From Capsulimonadaceae bacterium (GTDB taxonomy: Bacteria > Armatimonadota > Armatimonadia > Armatimonadales > Capsulimonadaceae), in assembly GCA_965215505.1 (NCBI GenBank), contig OZ244065.1, positions 3,360,001-3,424,000 of the forward strand: a stretch of DNA of 64,000 bases, read 5' to 3'. The notes under the pieces were generated by a model. That model saw nothing but the letters and a program-made list of their open reading frames with translations. It did not search any database and was not told the DNA's origin. Shown in pieces: positions 37,246-45,606 of this stretch. A program made the position numbers and the translations under genes. Position 1 is the first letter of the stretch. Each line of letters starts with the position of its first letter.

Positions 37246-39630
37246 CTATGGCGTCTCTGGCCCAGAGGATGACGGCGTCGGAGCCTCCGGCAGCCTCTCC
37301 AGCGTCGTCTTCGCCAGCCGGAACGGCCCTTGCAGCCGGATATCGCGCGAGGAGCTGCCGACGAGGACCGTGAAGCTCCCCTTCTCCGACAGCCACCCCT
37401 GCTTGGCCGGGTCGAAGAAAGCGAAGGCGCTCCGGTCAAGCGGGATGGAAACCGTCTGCGTCTTGCCCGGCTCCAGGAAGACCTTGCGGAAGCCCTTCAG
37501 CTCCTGGAAAGGCCGGGGCAGGCTCGGTTTCGCCTGATGCACATAAAGCTGGGCCACCTCGCCGCCCGCCCGCGCTCCGACATTCGTGACTTCGAACCGG
37601 GCGGTGACGACCGGCCCCTTGGCGTCCGCTCCCGGCACAAGCCGCAGCCCGGAATAGGCAAAGCGCGTGTAAGACAGGCCGTGCCCGAAGGGGAACAGCG
37701 GGGCGATCTGCTTGGTGTCGAACCAGCGGTAGCCGACCAGCAGCCCCTCCGTGTACGGCTCGACGCCGTTCACGCCTGGATAGGCGTTCAAAGCGTGGGC
37801 GGGCGAGTCCGCGAGCTGGCGAGGGAAGGTGCAGGGCAGCTTGCCGGACGGATTCACGTCGCCGAAGAGGATGCCCGCCAGGGCGTTGCCGCCCTCCATG
37901 CCCGGATACCAGGCCTGGACGACGGCGGGGACCTGGGCCAGCCACGAGTCCATCTCGACGGGACCGCCCGACATCAGGACGACGACCGTGCGCGGGTTTG
38001 CCTCCACAACGCGCCGGATCAGCTCATCCTGCCCGTAGGGCAGTTTCATATCCGGCCGGTCGCTCCCCTCCGAGTCGAACGAGTGGTTCAGCCCGGCGAT
38101 GATGACGGCGACGTCCGACGACCGCGCGGCCTGCACCGCCCGTTCCAGCAGGGTCGGGTCCGGCCCGGCGTCGGGCGGGACGTCCACGCGCCGCACCCCC
38201 GCCGCATCGGCGGCCGGGGCGGGTGTGGCAGCGCCGGGAGCAGGCGCGGCACCGGGGACAGGAGGAGCGGCGGGACGGCCCCCCGGCCCGTATCCGGGCC
38301 GACGCGGGCGGCGCGGCGGCTGATGGTAGCCCATGGAGAATGTCACATCCACCGACGGCCCGACGCGCTTCAGCAGCCCCGCCAGCGGCGTGACCTCGTA
38401 GAACGCCTTGACGCCCGCGCTCTGGCCGCCACTCGCAAACTGCTGCACGGCGTCCTCGCCAATCACGGCGATTGACTTGATCTTAGTTGCGTCCAGCGGC
38501 AGCGCATCCCCCTGGTTTTTCAGCAGCACGATCCCCGCCTCGGCGATGCGGCGGGCGGCGGCCTGATGGTCGGCGGTGTTCAGCGACCCCACCCCGCGCC
38601 CGTCAAAAGCGCCGACCGCAAACATTTCGCGCAGATTGCGGCGCACCTTGTCATCCAGCAGCGCGACCGGGTAGTACCCCTGCTGAATGCCCTCGCGGAA
38701 GGGGCGGGCGAGGTAGAAGTCGTCATACGGCCGCCCCGTCCCCATCTCCAGATCCATGCCGCCCAGGACCGCCCCGCGCGTGTCGTGGACGCCGCTCCAG
38801 TCGGACATGACCAGGCCCTGGAAGCCCCACTCGCCTTTCAAAATGGTATTCAGCAGCAGGTCGTTCTGGGAGCAGTACTGGCCCCGGAACTTGTTGTAGG
38901 CGGTCATCACCGCCAGCGCCCCGCCCTCCTGGACGGCGGCTTTGAAGGCGGGCAGGTAGATCTCGCGCATCGTCCGGTCGTCCATCTCAACGTCAATGGA
39001 GCCGCGCTGCCGCTCCTGGTTGTTGCCCGCGAAATGCTTCACGCAGGAGGCCACCCCCTGCGCCTGGACGCCCTGGACATAGCCGACCGCGATGCGCCCG
39101 GCGAGGTACGGGTCTTCGCTGAAATACTCATAGTTGCGGCCATTCAGGGGCGTCCGCATGATGTTGACGCCCGGCCCGAGCATGATCTGCTTGCCCCGCT
39201 CCAGGGCTTCCTGGCCGATGACGGTGCCGTAGGCCCACGCCATGTCCGGGTCCCAGGTGGCGGCCAGGTTGACCCCGACGGGCATCCAGGTGGCGAAGTC
39301 GTCGGTCCGCCCCGCCGCATCCCAGGTGTCCGGCCCAATGTCCTCGCGGACGCCGTGCGGCCCGTCGGACATCCAGCGCCTAGGGACGCCCAGCCGGGGG
39401 ATGGCGGCCGTGGTGAACTTCGAGTCGCCATGCACCAGGACGATCTTCTCGTCCAGCGTCATGCGCCCCAGCAGGTCCGTGACGCGCGCCTCGACGGGCC
39501 GGGTGCGGTCGAGGTAGAGGGGAGTGCCTATAGTGCGCGGCGTCAGGGGCGTGTCGGCGCGCAGCGGCCCGGCGGCCAGCAGGAGGACGGTGAGGGCGGC
39601 GAGTTTTCGGAAGGGGCGGGGGATGTTCAT
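37246..39630 (-). CDS. Secreted GH3 beta-glucosidase
   Basis: 'SDGPHGVR', 'LGPGVNIMRTPLNGRNYEYFSEDP', 'KHFAGNNQE', 'VMSDW', 'SEGSDR', 'FPFGHGLSY'; ATG 39630 with signal peptide. Confidence 0.93.
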   Translation of the reverse strand: MNIPRPFRKLAALTVLLLAAGPLRADTPLTPRTIGTPLYLDRTRPVEARVTDLLGRMTLDEKIVLVHGDSKFTTAAIPRLGVPRRWMSDGPHGVREDIGPDTWDAAGRTDDFATWMPVGVNLAATWDPDMAWAYGTVIGQEALERGKQIMLGPGVNIMRTPLNGRNYEYFSEDPYLAGRIAVGYVQGVQAQGVASCVKHFAGNNQERQRGSIDVEMDDRTMREIYLPAFKAAVQEGGALAVMTAYNKFRGQYCSQNDLLLNTILKGEWGFQGLVMSDWSGVHDTRGAVLGGMDLEMGTGRPYDDFYLARPFREGIQQGYYPVALLDDKVRRNLREMFAVGAFDGRGVGSLNTADHQAAARRIAEAGIVLLKNQGDALPLDATKIKSIAVIGEDAVQQFASGGQSAGVKAFYEVTPLAGLLKRVGPSVDVTFSMGYHQPPRRPRRPGYGPGGRPAAPPVPGAAPAPGAATPAPAADAAGVRRVDVPPDAGPDPTLLERAVQAARSSDVAVIIAGLNHSFDSEGSDRPDMKLPYGQDELIRRVVEANPRTVVVLMSGGPVEMDSWLAQVPAVVQAWYPGMEGGNALAGILFGDVNPSGKLPCTFPRQLADSPAHALNAYPGVNGVEPYTEGLLVGYRWFDTKQIAPLFPFGHGLSYTRFAYSGLRLVPGADAKGPVVTARFEVTNVGARAGGEVAQLYVHQAKPSLPRPFQELKGFRKVFLEPGKTQTVSIPLDRSAFAFFDPAKQGWLSEKGSFTVLVGSSSRDIRLQGPFRLAKTTLERLPEAPTPSSSGPETP

Positions 39631-39691
39631 AATTGGGTCTTGCGAAAGGCTTTCCGGTGTGGCGGGATGCCGGGCCGGACGAGAATCAGGC

Positions 39692-39842
39692 CGAGTGATT
39701 GAAATCACTCGCTCCTATCAGACCTGTCCAGGGGACAGAAGAAGGGAACGTTCCTGCCCCCGCCGCGTCCCGTCTTACCGTACTCCTCTGTTATACTGTC
39801 CCCTGGACAGGTCCGGGGGCAGCGAGTGATTTCAATCACTCG
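39692..39842. repeat. Nested palindromic doublet, family A
   Basis: Consensus A-N7-B-core-B'-N7-A'; flanks extend the inverted repeat (AGAATCAGGC / GCCTGATTCT). Confidence 0.92.
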
Positions 39843-39875
39843 GCCTGATTCTATCTCGTCCTGTTCGCCTGCCCC

Positions 39876-42851
39876 TCACAGCCGCACCGTCTCCGCCGCC
39901 CCCCGGTAAACCACGGTCCGGTCGGCGCGCGGCGCGAACGAGAACCCGGCGGGCCGGTCTTTGGACACCAGCACGATTTTGAACGTGCGCGTGGTCAGCA
40001 TTCCGGGGAATGCCCCCAGCCGCTTGCCCAGCGAGAGCGTTCTCGTGGCATCGTTCCACCGGATGGGAATGCGCGTGGACGCCCCCTTCTCATAGTCGTA
40101 AGTCAGGCCGTCGTCTTCATAGAGCGCGAACACGCCGTTTGCGCCCGCATAAACGGTCAGGGTGATCGGGTCGGCCTTCTTCTCGCCGACGTACTGCTGC
40201 TCCGGCCCGAAGGGGAGGATCGCCCCGGCGCGGACATGCAGCGGCAGCGAGTCGAAGGCGGCGGGGGCATTAACCGTCCGGCCGCCCATCATTGAAGCAC
40301 CCGTCCAGAAGTCGTACCAGCCGCCAACCGTCGGCGGCAGGTAGACGGGCCGGGAGCGGGCGCGGTAGGCCGTGATCGGGCTGACTAGCAGGGCTGGGCC
40401 GAACATGTACTGGTCCGCGACAGCCCGCGCCTTCGGGTCAGCCTGGAAGTCCATGACGAGGGGGCGCATCAGAGTCCCGCCCGCCCGCGTCACCGTGCCT
40501 GCCGCCGAATAGAGGTAGGGCAGCATTTGGTAGCGCAGGCGGTCGAACTTGAGTTCCGCCTTGTAGGCGGGCGAGTTGTCGCCGCCGAACTGCCACATCT
40601 CGCGGTACGGGGCCTCACCGTGGACGCGCAGCAGGGGGACGAACGTCCCGAACTCGAACCAGCGCGTGTTCATCTCCCGCCACTCTTCCACGTCTGCGGG
40701 CGTCGCGTTCCGGCCCGCGAACCGTGCCGGGACCGAGAAGCCGCCCGTGTCCATGGTCCAGTAGGGGACGCCCGACACGCTGAAGCCCAGCCCCGCCGCG
40801 ATCTGCTTTTGCAAAGCCGTCCAGGTGGAAGTGATGTCGCCCGACCAGGTCGCCGTGGCGTACCTCTGCTGCCCGGCGTAGCCCGAGCGGGTCAGGATGA
40901 AGACGCGCTGCCTGGGGGCGGCGGCGCGCTGGCCTTCGTAAATGCCCCGGCTGTTTTCTAACGCCCAGCCGTTCAGCACCCGTGCGGGCGTACCCCCCGC
41001 CGTCGGCGTCATGTGCGTCAGTGTCCCGGCAAGCTCCGGCGTCGCCAGCAGGTCCGGCTCGGAAGCGTCCATCCACCAGGCATCCACATGCTTCTGGAAC
41101 AGGGCGTCGTTGATCTGCGACCAGAAGAGCTGCCGCGCCGAGGGGTTAAAGGCGTCATAGAAGGTGAACGGGAAGCCCACCCAATCTTTCGCGCCTTCCG
41201 TTAGGTCCGGCTCATACAGGAAGCCGCGCGAGTGCATGGCCTCAAAGTTCTTGGTGCCGGGGTAGAACTTGCCCCAGACCGAGATCATCAGGTGGGAATG
41301 CTTGGCATGGGCGGCTGCCACCCAGCCTGCCGGGTCGGGGAAGCGCGCCGGGTCGAATTGGTGCGACCCCCAGGCGTCGCGCGGCCAGTAGAACCAGTCC
41401 TGGACGATGTTGTCAAAAGGGATGCCGCGCGACCGGAAGCCGTCTACAACGTCCAGGCTCTGCTGCTGCGTCTCGTACCGCTGCCGGGACTGCCACAGCC
41501 CGTAAGCCCAGCGCGGCATCAGGCGGGCCGGGCCGGTCAGCAGGCGGTAGCCCGCCACGACCGTGTCAAGCTTCGGGCCGTAGACGAAGTAGTAGTCGGT
41601 GCCGTCCCCCACCTGCGACCACAAGGACGTGGCGGGGTCCGAGGAGGGCGTCTTCCAAAACAGGCGCATCGTGTTCGCGCCCTGGTCTTTGGTCCAGTCT
41701 AAACGGAGGTGATAGCGATGCCCTGCCATTAGGCGGACGCGGGCCACGTCGTCATTCGGCAGCCAGCTCTGACGCCAGTGGTTCATCAGCATCTTGCCGT
41801 CCACCCAGAACTTGATGCCGCCGTTGGAGTAGGCTTGGAACGTGTACACCCCCGTCTGCGTCGGCGCGACATCGCCCTCCCAGCGGACGCCCGAGTCGCC
41901 GCGCCCCAGGCCCGGCAGCCGCGAGCCGTCCGGGAACAACCCGGCGCTGGACTCGCCCGGCTGCGTGAACGCCGCGTCAGTAAAGCGGGTGACGGTCAGC
42001 CCGCCAGGCTTGCCGTCCGCCCCGGACAGCAGGGCGGCCGGGACCGGCGCGAGCAGGCGCAGGTCGCCGAAGCGCGTGAACGAGTCGTTGTCCCACAAAA
42101 TGCCGTAGCCCCGGCTGGACACCAGGAACGGCACGATGACATTCGTGTTGTGCTGCCAGAGGTCCAGGTCGTAGCCCTTGATGTCCATCAATCCGAGCTG
42201 ATGCTGCCCCAGGCCGTAGAGCGATTCGTCTGCGTTCGGCTGCCATTCCTGACGCACATGGAAAGCGTTCTCGCCCTGCACTTGGGCTGGTTCCAGGCGG
42301 CGACCGGGCTTCTCGGCGGCGATGGGTTTCCCGGCGCTGTCCAGGAACGAGACGGCCCCCGTCTGGAGGTCCACGCGGGCCTGGAGGCTTTTGGTCACGA
42401 GTGTCGCCTGATGCGGTGCCTGCTCCAAGTGCCACGCGACCGGCGCGGGGGTGCCCGCCGTCACCATCAGGCTCGGGTGGCGGAAGAACGCGCGCTTCTT
42501 GGCATAGGCGACGCGGACGATGTTGTCCGCGCGCACTTGCAGGCTGAGGAAGCCGCCGCCCTGGGCGACGACGATCCCGTCCGCCTGCATCTCCACAGCG
42601 TCCGTCTTCGCCTGGGCAGGGCAAGCCGGCAGGAGGGCGACGGTCATCGCCGCCGCTAGGATGAGTTTAGACAGCGAAATCCTGGCGCTGCGTGTCCCCG
42701 GATTGAAATCCGGGTCTTTAGCCTTGCCAATGTCCGCCTGCGCGGACAGCCCACTTCGTGGGTTTCTTATGTCCACGCAGGTGGACAATCGCTCTACCAA
42801 AGACCCGGATTTCAATCCGGGTGACTCACGCGATGGATTAAGTAGGTTCAA
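39876..42851 (-). CDS. Secreted GH31 alpha-xylosidase with PA14 insertion
   Basis: 'YGLGQHQ', 'P.LVSSRGYGILWDN', 'WQSRQRY', 'IVQDW', 'WWMDASEP' nucleophile, 'WSGD', 'WTMDTGGF'; TTG start overlaps the upstream TGA. Confidence 0.92.
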   Translation of the reverse strand: MNLLNPSRESPGLKSGSLVERLSTCVDIRNPRSGLSAQADIGKAKDPDFNPGTRSARISLSKLILAAAMTVALLPACPAQAKTDAVEMQADGIVVAQGGGFLSLQVRADNIVRVAYAKKRAFFRHPSLMVTAGTPAPVAWHLEQAPHQATLVTKSLQARVDLQTGAVSFLDSAGKPIAAEKPGRRLEPAQVQGENAFHVRQEWQPNADESLYGLGQHQLGLMDIKGYDLDLWQHNTNVIVPFLVSSRGYGILWDNDSFTRFGDLRLLAPVPAALLSGADGKPGGLTVTRFTDAAFTQPGESSAGLFPDGSRLPGLGRGDSGVRWEGDVAPTQTGVYTFQAYSNGGIKFWVDGKMLMNHWRQSWLPNDDVARVRLMAGHRYHLRLDWTKDQGANTMRLFWKTPSSDPATSLWSQVGDGTDYYFVYGPKLDTVVAGYRLLTGPARLMPRWAYGLWQSRQRYETQQQSLDVVDGFRSRGIPFDNIVQDWFYWPRDAWGSHQFDPARFPDPAGWVAAAHAKHSHLMISVWGKFYPGTKNFEAMHSRGFLYEPDLTEGAKDWVGFPFTFYDAFNPSARQLFWSQINDALFQKHVDAWWMDASEPDLLATPELAGTLTHMTPTAGGTPARVLNGWALENSRGIYEGQRAAAPRQRVFILTRSGYAGQQRYATATWSGDITSTWTALQKQIAAGLGFSVSGVPYWTMDTGGFSVPARFAGRNATPADVEEWREMNTRWFEFGTFVPLLRVHGEAPYREMWQFGGDNSPAYKAELKFDRLRYQMLPYLYSAAGTVTRAGGTLMRPLVMDFQADPKARAVADQYMFGPALLVSPITAYRARSRPVYLPPTVGGWYDFWTGASMMGGRTVNAPAAFDSLPLHVRAGAILPFGPEQQYVGEKKADPITLTVYAGANGVFALYEDDGLTYDYEKGASTRIPIRWNDATRTLSLGKRLGAFPGMLTTRTFKIVLVSKDRPAGFSFAPRADRTVVYRGAAETVRL
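42697..42821. repeat. Nested palindromic doublet, family D, within the 5' end of the GH31 ORF
   Basis: Perfect 23-bp inverted repeat CCCGGATTGAAATCCGGGTCTTT / AAAGACCCGGATTTCAATCCGGG; inner hairpins TGTCCGCCTGCGCGGACA and TGTCCACGCAGGTGGACA. Confidence 0.9.
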
Positions 42852-45148
42852 AGTGTCACCGGCACAGTCTTTCGCAGTCTGATGTCTTCCGCAGAGCGCC
42901 CGACCCGGATCTGCATCCAGTCGTTCTCCACATCGAACCGGTGCGCCTTGACGTCCCAGTACGCCGTCTGGTCCGCCCGCAGGGGGAGGGTGACGGTGCG
43001 CGTCTCGCCCGGCTTCAGAGTGACCCGCCGGAAGCCCGCGAGCTGTTCCAGGGGCCGCGCGACCGAGGAGCCGAGGTGGGTGACGTACATCTGCACGACC
43101 TCATCGCCGGCCCGTTGCCCCGTGTTCTTGACGTCCACGCTGACCTGCATCGGCCCGCTCGCGGACAGCGCGGGCGCGCTCGTCTTCAGATGGGAATAGG
43201 CGAACGTCGTGTAGCTGAGGCCGTACCCGAACGGGTACAGCGGCTTGCCGTTAAAGTATTGGTAGGTGCGCCCGTGCCGGATGTCGTAGTCCATCATCGG
43301 CGGCAGTTGGTCCAGCGAGGCGGGCCAGGTCTGCACCAGCCGACCGCCGGGGTTGTAGTCGCCGAACAGCACGTCGGCCAAGGCGTTCCCCGCCTCCTGG
43401 CTGCACTGCGTCATGTGGACGATGGCCGGGACATGCGCCTGCGTCCAGTTGATCGCATAGGGGAAGCTCGAAATCAAGGCCACGACCGTGCGCGGGTTGG
43501 CCGCGTAGACCTGCTTGATCAGCTCCTCCTGGCCCGACTCCAGCGAGATGCTCTGGCGGTCCACGGCCTCGCGGCCCTCGTCCGGCGAGTTGACCTTGGC
43601 CCAGCCCTGGTTGTCGCCGCCGGTCGGGTGGTTGCCGACGCACACGAGGGCGACATCGGACGACTTGGCGAGCCGGGCGGCTTCCGCCGGGTCACTGCCG
43701 TCGGAATAGCGGACGGTCACGCCCGGCCCGACTTTGGCCCGGATGCCCGCAAGCGGCGTGACGACATAGGGGGGCGCACCGCCGTACCAGTCCAGCAGCA
43801 CCCGGTCCGCGCGCGGCCCGAGGACGGCGATGGACTTCACTGTGCTCCTATTCAGTGGCAGCAGGCCGCCGTTCTTAAGAAGCACGATGGACTCGCGCGT
43901 CACCGCGCGGGCAAGTGCCTGGTGCGCGGGAGACAGCCACGGCTCCGGGCCGCCGTCCGTGCCGACACTGGCATAGGGGACGCGGGCGGGCGGGTCCAGC
44001 AGGCCCAGATGCAGGAGGATGCGGAAGTTTGGCCGGATGGCGCGGTCGATGTCCGCCTCGGTGATTAGATGCTGGTCCAGGGCCAGCGTCACCGACGGCC
44101 CCGCCCGTTCCAGATACTTGGTGATCCCGGCGTGCAGCGTCCCCGCCACGGCGTGGGGCAGGTCGGCGTAGTAGTGGTGCGACGTGACGAGCTGCCCCAT
44201 CGCGCCGCCGTCGGTGCAGATGATGCCGTCGTTGCCCCACTCCTTGACCGTGATGTCCTCTAAAATCGGGCTGACCCCCATCGGGATGCCGTTGTGGGAG
44301 TTGTAAGCGGCCATGTAGCCGCGCGCCCCGGCCTCGATGCCCATGCGGAACGGCACTGAGTAATACTCCCGCAGCAGCCGGTCGTCGAAGTCCGACGAGG
44401 TCTTGTCCCGGTCGTTCTCGTTGGAATTGGCTAAAAAGTGCTTGAGCAGGGCGGACGTCTGCCAGTAGTGCGGGTCGTCACCCTGAAGCCCATGTACCAT
44501 GGCAGAAACCAGAGTACCGTTGAAATAGGCGTCTTCCCCGTAGCACTCCTCCGTCCGACCCCAGCGCGGGTCGCGGCCCAGGTCCGAGTTCGGGGCCATG
44601 ACGATCAGGTCGGGCCGGCCGTACTTGGCGCTCTGGGAGATGTAGCGGGCCTCGTTCCCCTCCGCCGCGCCCATTTTACGGACCGCCTCGGGGTCCCACG
44701 TCTCCGCCATGCCGATGGCCTGCGGGAACGTCGTGGTCAGGAGCGGGGCCGGGCGCGGGCGGTTCGCGCCCGCTCCGCCCCCTGCTGCTCCGGCGGCGGG
44801 CGGCGGGGTGGGGCGTGGCACGACCGGCGGGCCGCCCGGCTGGGCCTGGCCGACGCGCGGCCCGGCCAGCGACAGCCCGTGCAGGCCCTCCGCGTGGTTG
44901 GTCCCGGCGATCCCCAGGCGCGGGACGCTGGTGCGCGTCGCGAGGCAGGCGATCTTCTCGTCCAGCGTCAGGAGCGAGATCAGGTTGGTGATCCGCTCCT
45001 CGGCGGGCTTGTCCGGGTCCTGGAAGGGGTACTGGTATGGGGCGGCGGGGGCCTGGGCGTGACCCGCCCGCGCGCCGAAGCCGAGGAGCGTGCCGAGGAG
45101 CAGCAGCGCCAAAATCCGCGTCCGTGTCGTCATTGACGTTGTCCTCAT
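42848..45148 (-). CDS. Secreted GH3 beta-glucosidase/xylosidase, close paralog of 32246-34375
   Basis: Same GH3 motifs; signal peptide 'RTRILALLLLGTLLGFGARAGHA'; start could be 45169, 45148 or 45133. Confidence 0.92.
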   Translation of the reverse strand: MRTTSMTTRTRILALLLLGTLLGFGARAGHAQAPAAPYQYPFQDPDKPAEERITNLISLLTLDEKIACLATRTSVPRLGIAGTNHAEGLHGLSLAGPRVGQAQPGGPPVVPRPTPPPAAGAAGGGAGANRPRPAPLLTTTFPQAIGMAETWDPEAVRKMGAAEGNEARYISQSAKYGRPDLIVMAPNSDLGRDPRWGRTEECYGEDAYFNGTLVSAMVHGLQGDDPHYWQTSALLKHFLANSNENDRDKTSSDFDDRLLREYYSVPFRMGIEAGARGYMAAYNSHNGIPMGVSPILEDITVKEWGNDGIICTDGGAMGQLVTSHHYYADLPHAVAGTLHAGITKYLERAGPSVTLALDQHLITEADIDRAIRPNFRILLHLGLLDPPARVPYASVGTDGGPEPWLSPAHQALARAVTRESIVLLKNGGLLPLNRSTVKSIAVLGPRADRVLLDWYGGAPPYVVTPLAGIRAKVGPGVTVRYSDGSDPAEAARLAKSSDVALVCVGNHPTGGDNQGWAKVNSPDEGREAVDRQSISLESGQEELIKQVYAANPRTVVALISSFPYAINWTQAHVPAIVHMTQCSQEAGNALADVLFGDYNPGGRLVQTWPASLDQLPPMMDYDIRHGRTYQYFNGKPLYPFGYGLSYTTFAYSHLKTSAPALSASGPMQVSVDVKNTGQRAGDEVVQMYVTHLGSSVARPLEQLAGFRRVTLKPGETRTVTLPLRADQTAYWDVKAHRFDVENDWMQIRVGRSAEDIRLRKTVPVTL

Positions 45149-45339
45149 GGGATGCACTATGGATTGCAATGGGAGCGATAATCTTGTATACTAGGCCGGG
45201 CCGGTCCCCCTTGTGGGGATTTGATTGACCGGGTTCACCAAAGACAAGGTATTATATCAGGATGAGGGCGGTACGTCAAGCCACAGACGCTTTTCGGCTG
45301 CCCTTTTTTGCACGGCGGGCGTATGAAGACGGGATAAGA

Positions 45340-45484
45340 CGAGTGATTGAAATCACTCGCTGCGCGCGGACCTGTCCAGGGGACAGAAGACGAGGATGAA
45401 GAATAAGAGGCAGATGCCCGGTCTTAATGCTGTTCCCTTGTCCCCTGGACAAATCCTGCGTCAGCGAGTGATTTCAATCACTCG
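45340..45484. repeat. Nested palindromic doublet, family A
   Basis: Consensus A-N7-B-core-B'-N7-A' in the divergent intergenic region. Confidence 0.92.
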
Positions 45485-45606
45485 TCCTCATGTGTCCGCC
45501 AAAGACCCCGCGCCCGCGTGTAATCTCCTGGATACGCCCGCTGATAGAATGATGACCGCCGGGATACAACATCACCGGGATCGCACAGATCGAACAGGAT
45601 CATATC

